A stretch of 64,000 nucleotides of DNA. Source: an uncultured cyanobacterium. GTDB taxonomy: Bacteria > Cyanobacteriota > Cyanobacteriia > Cyanobacteriales > Nostocaceae. The translations under genes were made by a program, and so were the position numbers. Positions 52,775 to 63,640 of the stretch are shown one piece after another (within the stretch, counting starts at the first letter, position 1; every line of letters begins with the position of its first letter). The notes under the pieces are model-generated. The model made no database searches. It was not told the DNA's origin and saw nothing but the letters and a program-made list of their open reading frames with translations. The stretch is from the NCBI GenBank assembly GCA_963706595.1, contig OY970166.1:4384001-4448000 (forward strand), given 5' to 3'.

Positions 52775-54340
52775 ATGACTGTAGAGGAATTGCTAGAACA
52801 ATACGCAGCAGGAGTCATCAACTTTAGTGGTGTTGACCTTTGCGAAGCTAACCTATGTGGTGTAAAACTTAGTGGGATCAATCTCAGCGAAGCTGACTTG
52901 AGTATAGTTAATTTAAGTGGTGCAAACCTGAGCGGCGCTAACTTGACTAATGTTAAACTGAATGTAGCTCGGCTCAGTGGCGCAAATCTGGAAGGTGTGG
53001 TTCTCAATAATTCTAGTCTGAATGTCGCTAATTTAATTCGAGCCGATTTGAGTCACGCTCAACTGCGAGGAGCATCCCTGGTTCGGGCTGAGTTAATTCG
53101 TGCTGATCTCAGTCGTGCTGACTTGTTTGAGGCTAACTTGAACAGCGCCGATTTACGAGAAGCCACACTGCGCCAAGCTAATCTCCGTTACGCCAACTTA
53201 AGCGAAGCCAATTTAAAAGATAGTTCATTAGTGGGCGCTAACTTGGAAATGGCTAACCTCAACGCCACTAACCTCAGCCGTGCTGACCTCAGTGGTGCGA
53301 ATATGCGAGATGCTGAACTCAAACAAGCTGATCTCAGTCATGCTAACCTCAGTGGTGTAGATTTAAGTGGTACAAATCTCCGTTGGGCTGATTTAAGTGA
53401 GGCTAATCTTTGTTGGGCTAATTTAAGTGGAGCAAAATTGAGTGGGGCTAACTTAATTGGTGCAGACTTGAGTAATGCCAATTTAACCAATGCGAGTTTA
53501 GTTCATACTAATTTAACTCAGGCAACTTTAATTAACACAGAATGGCTGGGTGCAGATTTAACAAGTGCAACTTTAACAGGGGTAAAACTTTATTCTACTT
53601 CCCGTTTTGGGATTAGAACTGAAGGCATAACTTGCGAATGGATTGATCTGAGTCCCAAAGGCGATCGCTCCATCATACAAAGATTCGCCGGCTCAGATGC
53701 ACAAGACTTTTTCAATGAAACCGCACCCACTATCTGCATTATTATTGATGCACCTTTAAAACACGAAGCTAATTTTGCTCTGGCTGGTTCTTATTACCAA
53801 ATTGCTCAGAAATTTCGAGAACTGAAGCAACCTCCCAGTGTAGAAATTAGCAGTCGCCGTACTGTCTTGACTTTCCGCGTAGACAATGACCAAGCCTTAT
53901 TACCTACTGCTTGTCTGGCTATTCTGCCATTTCAAGATGCTATTCATACCCAAAAAAACATTTCCACTATTGCCGAAATGTTAGCCAAAGAAGATATGTT
54001 TCATTTAGGACTAAAAGCACCAGATAAAATCAAGGAATTAAGTTCGCTAATCCAGCAAGCTATTAGTCAGGGTCAGATCATTAAAGAAATGAGAAAATAT
54101 CTGGAATTAGCCGCAAAATCAAAGTTCTGCAAAACACCCACCCAGACAATATTGACCAATTCCAGTGCTAAAACTTTAATAGTATATGATCACCCTAATT
54201 TTGGTAAACGATTTGTTAATTCTGTTGATTCAGATGTGATATTTTCACCTAATATATCTAGCGTAGCTGCTACATTGACACCACCTGCTTTAAATATAAT
54301 TGTGGATTTTATCAACAGCTTTCGTTATATCAGTCAGTAG
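52775..54340 (+). CDS. pentapeptide repeat protein
   Basis: Long A(N/D)LXX repeat tract followed by a non-repeat C-terminal domain. Confidence 0.9.
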   Translation: MTVEELLEQYAAGVINFSGVDLCEANLCGVKLSGINLSEADLSIVNLSGANLSGANLTNVKLNVARLSGANLEGVVLNNSSLNVANLIRADLSHAQLRGASLVRAELIRADLSRADLFEANLNSADLREATLRQANLRYANLSEANLKDSSLVGANLEMANLNATNLSRADLSGANMRDAELKQADLSHANLSGVDLSGTNLRWADLSEANLCWANLSGAKLSGANLIGADLSNANLTNASLVHTNLTQATLINTEWLGADLTSATLTGVKLYSTSRFGIRTEGITCEWIDLSPKGDRSIIQRFAGSDAQDFFNETAPTICIIIDAPLKHEANFALAGSYYQIAQKFRELKQPPSVEISSRRTVLTFRVDNDQALLPTACLAILPFQDAIHTQKNISTIAEMLAKEDMFHLGLKAPDKIKELSSLIQQAISQGQIIKEMRKYLELAAKSKFCKTPTQTILTNSSAKTLIVYDHPNFGKRFVNSVDSDVIFSPNISSVAATLTPPALNIIVDFINSFRYISQ

Positions 54341-54388
54341 TAGAGATATGATTTTGCAGTGTATTGATCAAAATTATGGAGTCAGCAA

Positions 54389-54979
54389 ATGCGCGCGTTT
54401 AATAAAATGATGGGTCGGACTCGCTATGTCGTCTGTCGCTTGTTTTTACATTTAGCCGGGTCTGATGTCGCCCCAATTTTAGGAGTACTAAATAGTACAG
54501 CACGAGAGGCGATCGCGACTGACGGTGACTTGCAAGAATTAGGAGCAGGATTAGTCGAAATTTGCGAAACCCTATTGCGATACGATGAATCCTGGCTTTC
54601 TGCTTCCAATGAAGGGGAAGTATTCTGGGATGAAGGTGAGGCGGGAGATTACGTCAATGAATTATTTAACGACTCTGGCGAACGCTACGGTGCAGGATTT
54701 GATGTTAGTTCCGCATCTGGTTTAAATGAATCCTTTTCTATCCCTGTAACCCGCAACGTCATTGTCATGCTCACTGTAGCTTATGAAGGCGAAGTTGCCG
54801 ATTTAGAAGCTGACCTGTCCAACATCCCAGCCTTAAAAGATGCTTTAAAAGCTTTAATCAATTTACACTACAAAGAAAAACTGCGCGCCATTCAGGTCCA
54901 TTTCTCTCCAGCCCAATTAGGCGATGAACTGACCAATGATCAGCTGTTGCAATATTACCCAGAATTAATTCCTTTGTAA
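54389..54979 (+). CDS. DUF1517-family protein
   Basis: Resembles the cyanobacterial family ending ...LLQYYPELIPL. Confidence 0.7.
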   Translation: MRAFNKMMGRTRYVVCRLFLHLAGSDVAPILGVLNSTAREAIATDGDLQELGAGLVEICETLLRYDESWLSASNEGEVFWDEGEAGDYVNELFNDSGERYGAGFDVSSASGLNESFSIPVTRNVIVMLTVAYEGEVADLEADLSNIPALKDALKALINLHYKEKLRAIQVHFSPAQLGDELTNDQLLQYYPELIPL

Positions 54980-55048
54980 CTTCTTGGGTAGTATCTACAC
55001 TACCACTTCCATTGAAGCTTGTTAAGCTGAAAAATAGGAAATAGTAAA

Positions 55049-55942
55049 ATGCTCATGACAATATTACGAAAATTTACAGTTGTTTTTTTAGCGCTGACTT
55101 TGTGCTTAACAACTGTGGCCTGTGGCAGTTCTAACGAAACTGCCTCTCAAAATAGAAATGTTAGCCGCACCGCTACTCCTACCAAGTTGAGTGATGGTCA
55201 ATATCAGGTGCAGCAAGCTAGTTTTGACGATGGAACTGGAGAATACACACTGTTTTTACTTAACAGTACACCTCCAGCCTTTAAAACCGAAAATTTGCAA
55301 ATGGCACGGCTAACTGATGAAGAAATTAAGGAAGGAAAAAAGACTTCTTTGAAGGTGGAGAACGGACAACCCGCCTTGTTTATGACAGAAGACTTTAAAA
55401 TTGAATATGTCCACAACGTCACCGAAACACAAACCAATCCCCAAACGGGACAACAAGAAACAGTCGTAGTGCGAAGAGAAAGTAACTTTTGGGCCCCTTT
55501 TGCCGGGGCTGTAGCTGGTAACATCGCCGGTCAGGTGATCGGGAATGCCTTATTTAGACCCCAATACTATGTACCACCTGCCTATCAGCCTGGAGGAGTC
55601 CTAACTGGCTACGGCGGTTATGGAAGTACCTACAATCAAGCAGTTAGTAGCTATCGGACTCGCTACAATGCACCACCAGCCGTTGAACGCAATCGGACAA
55701 CCTTCCGCACAACCGGCAACATTAGAAGATCATCTCCTGCTACTTCCACTACACCCACTAGACCGAGTACCAATACAGGTAATCGCCCCACTGGTTCCGG
55801 TTTTGGTAGCAGTAACTTAAAACCTTCTAACAATTCCGGTTCCCCCAGACGTAAAACTGGCAGTGGTTTTGGTTCTGGTGGACGTTCTTCAGGCGCGCGC
55901 AGTTCGCGGAAGGCGTTAAAACATCAAACTAATAGACATTGA
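55049..55942 (+). CDS. hypothetical lipoprotein with a Gly/Ser/Arg-rich tail
   Basis: TVAC lipobox and low-complexity C-terminus. Confidence 0.75.
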   Translation: MLMTILRKFTVVFLALTLCLTTVACGSSNETASQNRNVSRTATPTKLSDGQYQVQQASFDDGTGEYTLFLLNSTPPAFKTENLQMARLTDEEIKEGKKTSLKVENGQPALFMTEDFKIEYVHNVTETQTNPQTGQQETVVVRRESNFWAPFAGAVAGNIAGQVIGNALFRPQYYVPPAYQPGGVLTGYGGYGSTYNQAVSSYRTRYNAPPAVERNRTTFRTTGNIRRSSPATSTTPTRPSTNTGNRPTGSGFGSSNLKPSNNSGSPRRKTGSGFGSGGRSSGARSSRKALKHQTNRH

Positions 55943-56012
55943 CCCTTTGTAGAGACATTGCATCCAACGTCTCTACATTTTGGATCACCAGATGTCTAAT
56001 GCAAAGCCTATA

Positions 56013-56117
56013 TATAGCCTTTCCTAATCATATCAGGTATATCATAGCCCCCTCCTCGCTTGCGGGGAGGGGGTTGGGGGTGGGGTTCAAGTACCTAGCA
56101 GACTAGGAAACGCTATA
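56013..56117. mobile_element. MITE-like element enclosing a CCCCCTCC...GGAGGGGG hairpin
   Basis: TATAGCCTTTCCTA...TAGGAAACGCTATA inverted ends; a GTAG-REP lies adjacent at 55949-55976. Confidence 0.6.
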
Positions 56118-56133
56118 CCGCCAAAAATCCGAA

Positions 56134-57198
56134 TTACGAATTAGTTACAGCAGCTACTGGTTGCGGCCAACGTCCCACCGCGTTACCAATTACGCCCAAT
56201 TCTTGCATTAAGTGATCAAAACGTTCTGGTGTCAGAGATTGCGGCCCATCAGATAAAGCCTTGGCAGGGTTGGGGTGAACCTCAATCATTAAAGAATCAG
56301 TTCCAGCTGCGATCGCAGCCATAGCCATTGACGGCACAAATTCAGACCAACCAGTGCCATGACTGGGGTCAATCATAATTGGCAAATGAGTTAGCTTTCG
56401 CAATACTGGCACTACTGATAAATCCAAAGTATTGCGAGTGTGTTGGCGGTCAAAAGTCCTAATTCCCCGCTCACATAAAATCACATTCGGATTTCCAGCC
56501 GCCAAAATATACTCAGCTGCCATCAACCAATCTTCAATAGTCGCTGCCATTCCCCGCTTTAAAAGAATTGGTTTGGGTTGCGCGCCCACTTTTTTGAGCA
56601 GAGAGAAGTTTTGCATATTTCTTGCCCCCACCTGGATCACATCCGCAATCTCAGCAATTATATCCAGTTCGGCAGTATCCATTACTTCTGTAATAATCCC
56701 CAAACCACTTGCTGACCGTGCCTTTGCCAATAATTCTAAAGCACTCTCGCCGTGACCTTGGAAGGCATAAGGTGAAGTTCGGGGCTTGTATGCGCCACCA
56801 CGTAAAAACTTAGCGCCTGCGGCTTTAACGCGCATCGCCGTTTCCACAATCATCTCTTCGTTTTCTACTGAACAAGGGCCAGCAACAACCACTAAAGGAT
56901 GGTGTTCGCCAAATACAACATCCCCATCGGGAGTATTAACTACAACCTCAGAAGCTTCCCCGTGTCTAAACTGACGGCTAGCCCGTTTGTATGGTAACTC
57001 TACCCGCAATACTTGCTCAATCCAAGGGCTGACTTCCTGAATTTGTAACGGATCTAATCTAGCTGTTTCACCTACTAGACCAATTACCACCTTGTGTTTA
57101 CCAATGATTTTTTCTGGTATTAGTCCCCAGCTAATTAATTCCTCACTAATGCGGTTAATTTCCATTTCTGGGCAACCGCTTTTCATGACTACAATCAT
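56134..57198 (-). CDS. aroF: 3-deoxy-7-phosphoheptulonate synthase, class I-beta with N-terminal regulatory domain
   Basis: AGPCSVE, GGAYKPRTSPY, GARNMQN and DPSHGTG. Confidence 0.93.
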   Translation of the reverse strand: MIVVMKSGCPEMEINRISEELISWGLIPEKIIGKHKVVIGLVGETARLDPLQIQEVSPWIEQVLRVELPYKRASRQFRHGEASEVVVNTPDGDVVFGEHHPLVVVAGPCSVENEEMIVETAMRVKAAGAKFLRGGAYKPRTSPYAFQGHGESALELLAKARSASGLGIITEVMDTAELDIIAEIADVIQVGARNMQNFSLLKKVGAQPKPILLKRGMAATIEDWLMAAEYILAAGNPNVILCERGIRTFDRQHTRNTLDLSVVPVLRKLTHLPIMIDPSHGTGWSEFVPSMAMAAIAAGTDSLMIEVHPNPAKALSDGPQSLTPERFDHLMQELGVIGNAVGRWPQPVAAVTNS

Positions 57199-57482
57199 CT
57201 TAAATTCCCTGATTAGTTGACTTAAACCTCAAACAAGTAGGAGCCACTTGATCTTGTTGCTGTTATTTAATTTAAATTAAGTTTAAATATTTAGTGATCT
57301 AAAACGCAGATTTTGATGATGGCAAAACAGAGGGCGCTCAGTAGTTTTACGGCTAAGTATTAGGTTTAATCAAACATCATAAATTTTTGCTTTTTAATGT
57401 TGAAGTTAGTAAATTTCAACTTCAACATTAACTGGAAAATCCACCCAATACCGCAGTTAGCCTGGTATCTGAGCGCCAAGCA

Positions 57483-57953
57483 TCATACGTTTTTTTGCCG
57501 AGTTTCGCGCCAAACCTCAACCATTCGACCCCAATTGGTACTAAATTCACCCAAACCCAAAAGGCTTCCGGCTCTTTCTTCATCCCATGAGGCTGAGAGA
57601 ACACCATAAGTTATCCCCACAACTCCTATACCAAATAATCCCATATTCACCAATAACACGGCAATGGGAGGCAATTGGATCTCGGAGTAAATAGCTAGTA
57701 AATAGCTGACTACTAGGGTTGTAATCCCCAAAGCTGTCGGTATACCACAGAATCCAGCTACGCGCCTGATCATTCTTTGGCTGACAACTTGGGGAATTGC
57801 CCTCTCTTCCTGATTAAAAGGTGGCTGTTTAATAGACTTTTTTTCCGAGGTTTTTGGCTGTGCTTGTGGTTTGCTTACAGCTTTGGCAGGTTTTTGACGC
57901 TTTGTTTTTGGTTCAAAAGGTAAGCGATTGCGCTCAGATTCTTCAGCAGACAT
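57483..57953 (-). CDS. PAM68 family photosystem II assembly protein
   Basis: IPQVVSQRMIRR and YGVLSASWD; directly downstream of rpsO. Confidence 0.88.
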   Translation of the reverse strand: MSAEESERNRLPFEPKTKRQKPAKAVSKPQAQPKTSEKKSIKQPPFNQEERAIPQVVSQRMIRRVAGFCGIPTALGITTLVVSYLLAIYSEIQLPPIAVLLVNMGLFGIGVVGITYGVLSASWDEERAGSLLGLGEFSTNWGRMVEVWRETRQKNV

Positions 57954-57965
57954 AAGCGATAGTTC

Positions 57966-58235
57966 CTATCCACGAATACCGAGACGAGCAATTAAACCTT
58001 GATATTTTTCCCGGCTATCTTGCTGAATATAGGAGAGAAGACGCTTGCGTTGACCAATCATCTTCAATAATCCTCGACGGGAAGAATGGTCTTTTTTATT
58101 TGCCTGGAGATGTAAACTCAGACGACTAATGCGGTCAGATAGCATAGCCACTTGAACTTCGGCAGATCCAGTATCGGTTTCGTGAACTTGATAGTTCGAC
58201 ATTATTTCTTGTTTGCGCTGTTGCGTCAGTGCCAT
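57966..58235 (-). CDS. rpsO: 30S ribosomal protein S15
   Basis: [10 protein letters not shown] and [21 protein letters not shown]. Confidence 0.98.
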   Translation of the reverse strand: MALTQQRKQEIMSNYQVHETDTGSAEVQVAMLSDRISRLSLHLQANKKDHSSRRGLLKMIGQRKRLLSYIQQDSREKYQGLIARLGIRG

Positions 58236-58357
58236 AATCGATTCACTTTCTATTCAATTAATGTATGCAGCAGTCTCTTATGATATCACAGCCCTCAAAT
58301 TGCGGGTATTACTCGCCAATGAGTATTGTTGCTATCTACAAAAAGATGATGTAAAAG

Positions 58358-59215
58358 CTAGATATTAGTGGAAACAACTGGGGTGACAACATTTGCCACA
58401 GAGTTTTGATTCAATATAGGCTGGCGAGTGTTGAGGTCAAATTTATAACCATTTGGCAAAATATAAAGTTTTGCGCCAAAAATCGCCAACGGCTCATCCT
58501 TTAAGATTTCGCCCATATTGTTTGTAGCTTCTGATTCATCAATAATTGTCACCGAACCTTCCCCAATGACTTCAATTTGATGGTCAGTCACTACCATTGC
58601 GGTATTCTCATCAATACCAAATCCTAATCCGGCGGGTTCTTGGACTAAAGCTGAAAGTAAACGTCCTAAGCGTCCGCGCTGGGAAAAGTGCTGGTCAATG
58701 ACTACACCTGGGAGAAAACCAAGACCCGGCCCCATGGCCACAATTTCCATTCGCGGATGGGTTTGAGCATCGCCTTCCACAATCATTTGATCAGGCATGA
58801 TTGCGGCTCCGGCGCTGGTTCCCGCTACAACCATCCCTTCCGAAAAGCGTTGATGAATTGCGGCATCTATTTCAGTATCTTTGAGGATGCTGATGATCCG
58901 AGCCTGGTCTCCACCTGTAAAAAATATACCAGTTGCTTGAGCGATCGCTTCCAAACCTGTAGATGAAGACGCATCATCACGGGTTTCTGTGTCAATTATA
59001 CGAACTCCTTCAGCGCCTAAACGTTCAAACACCCGAATATAATTTTCTCCTACATCCCTCGGTAGTTCGGCCGCAGCTGTCATAATGACAATTTTGGCCT
59101 TGATCCCCCCAGCACGGCGCACAAACTCCCGCAAAACTTGGGAATCTCCATCTCTATCTTCAGCCCCGCCAATAATCACTAGTTGGCGTTTGGTTGTACT
59201 GTCCGTCATGATCAC
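58358..59215 (-). CDS. cphB: cyanophycinase (CphB2-type)
   Basis: IIGGAED, FTGGDQ, GTSAGA, DQHFSQRGR and GIDENT; divergent from cphA2. Confidence 0.9.
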   Translation of the reverse strand: MIMTDSTTKRQLVIIGGAEDRDGDSQVLREFVRRAGGIKAKIVIMTAAAELPRDVGENYIRVFERLGAEGVRIIDTETRDDASSSTGLEAIAQATGIFFTGGDQARIISILKDTEIDAAIHQRFSEGMVVAGTSAGAAIMPDQMIVEGDAQTHPRMEIVAMGPGLGFLPGVVIDQHFSQRGRLGRLLSALVQEPAGLGFGIDENTAMVVTDHQIEVIGEGSVTIIDESEATNNMGEILKDEPLAIFGAKLYILPNGYKFDLNTRQPILNQNSVANVVTPVVSTNI

Positions 59216-59451
59216 TCCTGATCTAAATTAATTACTTAATTTCAATAAAGCATGACAATTAGACTCATAAAATCATCCGTTTGATAGATTACAACATCAC
59301 CACTAAGATTCAAGGCTAAATATATATAGTAATCTGCTTTGATTTTTAAACCTATTTGCGTAGGTGGGTAGTAGGGAAAAGCCTTTTTATGTTGTCCTGA
59401 GATTTTTCGTAAATTAAATAGGAGTCAATTATTAAACCTCAACATCCAATA

Positions 59452-59475
59452 GCCTCTAGAGTTAACTCTAGAGGC
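59452..59475. other. perfect 24-bp palindrome (possible terminator or operator)
   Basis: GCCTCTAGAGTT|AACTCTAGAGGC. Confidence 0.4.
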
Positions 59476-59655
59476 GTTGTTTATGATATACATCCCAGTG
59501 GGCAATTCTAGATTAATTATGCTATGATCACCAGCAATTTTTAGTTAAACAGAAGTAAATTTTGTAGCCTTCCCACTTGCGAAATTTACAGTTTTTTTAG
59601 TCATTCAGGCGCATAAAAATTTGCTCTTTGAAGTCATAGCTTTAGTTGCCAAATT

Positions 59656-59892
59656 CTAAGAAACTTGGCTTCTATAAAGCAAGTTAATTAAAAAAAACCG
59701 CGCTGATTGCAGTGGGATATGCCTGGGCTTACCCTGGTAAACAATTTGATACTCATTCAGATCTGCTCCATCTCCATGACCAGAAATTAGCTTGCGGTGA
59801 AAAGCCTCATCAGCAAGTTCACGAACTTCATTTCTGAGAGCAGCTTGCGTACTGTTCATAGGTGCTGTCTCCTCGAAATCTATGTTAGACAT
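59656..59892 (-). CDS. small hypothetical protein between cphB2 and cphA2
   Basis: 78-aa ORF with protein-like composition. Confidence 0.65.
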   Translation of the reverse strand: MSNIDFEETAPMNSTQAALRNEVRELADEAFHRKLISGHGDGADLNEYQIVYQGKPRHIPLQSARFFLINLLYRSQVS

Positions 59893-60265
59893 CGACCAAA
59901 TTCAAATAAGCTTTATCAATCACCCTTGTAGGGATAATTAATTTATTGTTCTTTTTCACCAAATGTCTTCTCGGAGTGTATGAATTTTGAAAGTCCATTT
60001 CATCTTTCAAAAGTTATATCTTTGATAATTTATAGTATTTAATGACTGATATTTTTTACTTTATGAGTCACGGGGATTGAATTATGCTGTGGGATGGTTG
60101 AAAATGCGTAGAAATAACTGTATAATGGGCGAGTATAAATTTATCTAATCTGCAAAAACTAGATAATTGCGAAATAATCATCTAAACTCGACTACAATCC
60201 ATAAATCTAACTAATCAATAAATTAAATCACAAATTCAGGGTGTTTAGCTGAAGGCATATCATCA

Positions 60266-62176
60266 ATGATTCAACAGAAAAGCAACGGCTTAGTCCGCGT
60301 TAATGCTAGAAAAACTGATGTATTCGATATTTTTAACTTCAAGCATTACCTTGGTCCTAACCCATATCTAGATACAGGGGCGCTAGTATTCGACTTGGCG
60401 GTGATTTCCTCTAGACAGCCGCTACCCATTGCAGATTATATTTCTAGCATAGGCGATCGCTACCCACATCTACGCGAACAAACCTACGAAACCCACGCCC
60501 ATCTCTTTGCCAAAGTTGCCTCAGAAGTAGGTAAGCTAGACATGGGATTACACCTCAACCGTTGGAGCGTCAAACCTGATGCAGATTACGCCTGCATTAG
60601 CATTCAATCCTTGCATGAACGCACCACCAGAGCAGTAGTTTACCTTGTTTGGGATTGGTTTGAAGCCATCAACCAAAACAAAAAATTCTTCTTTGATGAC
60701 GAACTGCTAACCCTTCAGAAACGATTTCGCGAATCTGTCTACGGTGGTCCCACAGTTTACGCCCTATTACAAACAGCTTATGCAAAAGGCATTCCCAGCA
60801 CTTATCTGTGGTCAGAAGCACTCATGCAATATGGCTATGGCAAAAAACAAGTTCGTGGAATAGCTACAACCTTTGATTGCGATAGCCATATAGATTCAGA
60901 TTTCACCACCCGCAAAGATGAATGCAAGATATTCATGCATTCATTGGGTTTGCCAATACCAGAAGGTGACATTGTTCTTTCCGAAACAGAAGCCTTCCAG
61001 GTAGCAAAAGAAATTCGTTACCCAGTAGCAGTGAAACCTGTAGTTGGTCACAAAGGTATTGGCGTTACAGCTGGTGTACGAGATGCAAAAGAACTAGAAT
61101 CTGCTTACAATAGGGCATTATTAGCAATTCCCGAAGACCAGCCAACGCGGATAATTGTTGAAAAAAGCATTTCGGGAACCGACTTTCGCTTATTGTGTGT
61201 GAATGGTAAATTTGTCGCCGCCACGGAACGCCGTCCCGCATCAGTTAAAGGAGATGGTTACTCAACTATTGCAGAGTTAATCCGAGAAGAAAATCGCCAA
61301 CCAGCACGTTTAGATACACCCACCTCGGCCATGTCTAAAATTCAGTGTGATGAAGCGATGGAACTCTATCTAGACGAACAAGGTTATACCTTAGATAGTG
61401 TAATCAAAAAAGGACGTACTGTTTATCTTCGCAAAGTTGCCAATCTTTCCGCAGGAGGCGTGAGCATCGATGCTACATCCACAATTCATGATGATAATAT
61501 TATCCTAGCCCAAGACATTGCCCAACACTTTCGGCTAACTTGTTTGGGTATTGATGTCATTGCTGAAAACCTGTCAGAATCTTGGCAAACCAGTAGTCAC
61601 TTCGCCATTCTGGAAATCAACGCCGCACCGGGAATTTTGATGCATCTTAATCCTGCTGTTGGTGAAAGTGTTGATGTTCCTTCCCGGATATTAGAAACCT
61701 TTTTTGAATCTGGGCTAGATTCCAGGATACCAATTATCACCTTTAATAAAATTTCAGTTGAAGAATTGCAAGCAACAATTGACCATATTCTCTCACAACA
61801 TCCTGACTGGACAATAGGTGCTGTTTGCCATGATGCAGTCTTTGTAAATCGGGCGCAAAAAGCATTAAGCAACGATTACAATAGTAACGTCCAAACTTTG
61901 CTGCGTCATCCCAAACTTGATTTATTAATTACCGAATATGAAGAATCAACTTTAGAAGAAGAGGGGATGTTCTACCAGGGAAGTAACATAGTAGTTTTAA
62001 ATAATCCCACAGAAACAGAGATGATGTTAGCACGGGATATCTTTGATGATTCTACGGTGATAATTAAGAAAGAAAACGACATTTCTATCCGTCGTCAGGG
62101 CTTAATTGAAGACTACACATTAGGAGAAGATGAACCATTTACTAGGGTGTATTTAAAAGAAATTGGGACAATTTAA
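60266..62176 (+). CDS. cphA2: cyanophycin synthetase 2 (ATP-grasp, truncated Mur-like domain)
   Basis: 636 aa; GPNPY, YGGPT, KPVVGHKGIGV, ANLSAGG and EINAAPG; lacks the full CphA1 C-terminal ligase. Confidence 0.88.
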   Translation: MIQQKSNGLVRVNARKTDVFDIFNFKHYLGPNPYLDTGALVFDLAVISSRQPLPIADYISSIGDRYPHLREQTYETHAHLFAKVASEVGKLDMGLHLNRWSVKPDADYACISIQSLHERTTRAVVYLVWDWFEAINQNKKFFFDDELLTLQKRFRESVYGGPTVYALLQTAYAKGIPSTYLWSEALMQYGYGKKQVRGIATTFDCDSHIDSDFTTRKDECKIFMHSLGLPIPEGDIVLSETEAFQVAKEIRYPVAVKPVVGHKGIGVTAGVRDAKELESAYNRALLAIPEDQPTRIIVEKSISGTDFRLLCVNGKFVAATERRPASVKGDGYSTIAELIREENRQPARLDTPTSAMSKIQCDEAMELYLDEQGYTLDSVIKKGRTVYLRKVANLSAGGVSIDATSTIHDDNIILAQDIAQHFRLTCLGIDVIAENLSESWQTSSHFAILEINAAPGILMHLNPAVGESVDVPSRILETFFESGLDSRIPIITFNKISVEELQATIDHILSQHPDWTIGAVCHDAVFVNRAQKALSNDYNSNVQTLLRHPKLDLLITEYEESTLEEEGMFYQGSNIVVLNNPTETEMMLARDIFDDSTVIIKKENDISIRRQGLIEDYTLGEDEPFTRVYLKEIGTI

Positions 62177-62305
62177 GTCTTATCTCCCCTCCTCCCTTGC
62201 GGGGAGGGGTTGGGGGTGGGGTGCAATTATGGTGGGTGGTAATCATCACTAACTCACCGGACTCGATATCAGCCCCCATATCAGGACTAAAGTCCTGACT
62301 ACGAA

Positions 62306-63349
62306 CTAACTTAGTTTTTGGTAAGCAGCCAAAATACTTTTTTCGGTTTCATCCCAACTAATACATTTATCGGTGACAGAAACACCATACTTTAAATCTT
62401 CTCGCTTACCAGTCATCGGTTGACTACCTTCATACAAGTTTGATTCCAGCATCACGCCGACTATTGATGTATTACCATCAACAATTTGTTGAATGACATT
62501 TTCTAATACAGTCGGTTGTAGTTTATAATCTTTATTGGTATTTCCGTGGCTACAGTCGATCACAATTCTGGGTGATAAATTAGCCTCTTTTAATTTTTCT
62601 TCTACCAGTTGGACATTTGCCGCTTCAAAGTTAGGCTGACTACCACCCCGCAGGATAACATGACCATAGGGATTTCCCTTAGTTTCAAAGACACTGACTT
62701 GTCCCTTATGATTAATCCCCAGGAAATTATGAGAGCTTTTAGCTGATTGTAAAGCATTTAAAGCCACTTGAATATTACCATCAGTCCCATTTTTAAAACC
62801 TACCGGCATAGAAAGACCACTAGCCATTTCCCGATGAGTTTGTGATTCCGTAGTCCGTGCGCCAATGGCAGACCATGTAATCAACTCACTAATATATTGA
62901 GGTATAATTGGGTCTAGTGCTTCTGTACCAGCAGGTAAACCCAACTCTGCTATTTTTATCAATAGGCTACGTGCAGTTAATAAACCCTTTTCTACATGGA
63001 AAGAATCATCCATATCTGGATCATTAATCAATCCTTTCCATCCTACCGTGGTTCTGGGTTTTTCAAAGTACACCCTCATAATCAGCAGCAGTTTATCCTT
63101 GACTCGTTCAGACAGAAGTTTCAATCTCTGGGAATATTCCAGCGCTGCTTGTGTATCATGAATTGAGCAAGGACCAACTACAATAAACTTTCTGCTATCT
63201 TGAAAATCTAGGATATTCTTAATTTCCTGTCTATGTTGCAAAACAGTATTTTCAGCCCCTTGAGTTAAAGGCAATTTTGCTTTTACTTCATTGGGTGTTA
63301 ATAATACGTGAGAGTTCTTGATGTTAGTATTAAATAATTTATTGTGCAT
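62306..63349 (-). CDS. 3-deoxy-7-phosphoheptulonate synthase, class I-alpha (AroF/G/H type)
   Basis: GPCSIHD, RVYFEKPRTTVGWKG, IGARTTESQ, DCSHGN and SVTDKC. Confidence 0.94.
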   Translation of the reverse strand: MHNKLFNTNIKNSHVLLTPNEVKAKLPLTQGAENTVLQHRQEIKNILDFQDSRKFIVVGPCSIHDTQAALEYSQRLKLLSERVKDKLLLIMRVYFEKPRTTVGWKGLINDPDMDDSFHVEKGLLTARSLLIKIAELGLPAGTEALDPIIPQYISELITWSAIGARTTESQTHREMASGLSMPVGFKNGTDGNIQVALNALQSAKSSHNFLGINHKGQVSVFETKGNPYGHVILRGGSQPNFEAANVQLVEEKLKEANLSPRIVIDCSHGNTNKDYKLQPTVLENVIQQIVDGNTSIVGVMLESNLYEGSQPMTGKREDLKYGVSVTDKCISWDETEKSILAAYQKLS

Positions 63350-63439
63350 AGAGCCGAATTAGTGATTTTTGCTATTCCACTGCGGAATGAAGTTAATATA
63401 TTATTTTAAATCAAAAGTACAACACGAACTTATAGATTT

Positions 63440-63533
63440 TAGGACTTACGCACGAATTACGGAATAACTAACCACACCAGATGCAGAGGACACAGAGAAA
63501 TAGGGGTTTGAGAGAGTTTTTGCGTAAGTCCTG
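63440..63533. mobile_element. MITE with TAGGACTTACGCA terminal inverted repeats
   Basis: TAGGACTTACGCA...TGCGTAAGTCCTG. Confidence 0.7.
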
Positions 63534-63596
63534 GATTTTTGAAATTTAAAAATCGACCTAGCTGCGGGTAGAGAATTGTTTTGTTTTCATAACTTT

Positions 63597-63621
63597 AAAA
63601 GGGGACAATACGCCCCCTTTT
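63597..63621 (-). terminator. probable intrinsic terminator of the GH13 gene
   Basis: AAAAGGGGACAATACGCCCCCTTTT hairpin flanked by A/T runs, 20 nt past the stop codon. Confidence 0.55.
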
Positions 63622-63640
63622 GTGTATTATACAGATTTGA

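Noticed and set aside
55890..55942. Possible frameshift at the lipoprotein C-terminus (alternative ending GRR*)
   Set aside because: Plausible given other single-base errors, but the tail is low-complexity and cannot be judged without orthologs.
51860..63349. Scytonemin-type aromatic biosynthesis cluster
   Set aside because: No scy, ebo or trp genes are present, and tyrA and the DAHP synthases are interspersed with core genes.
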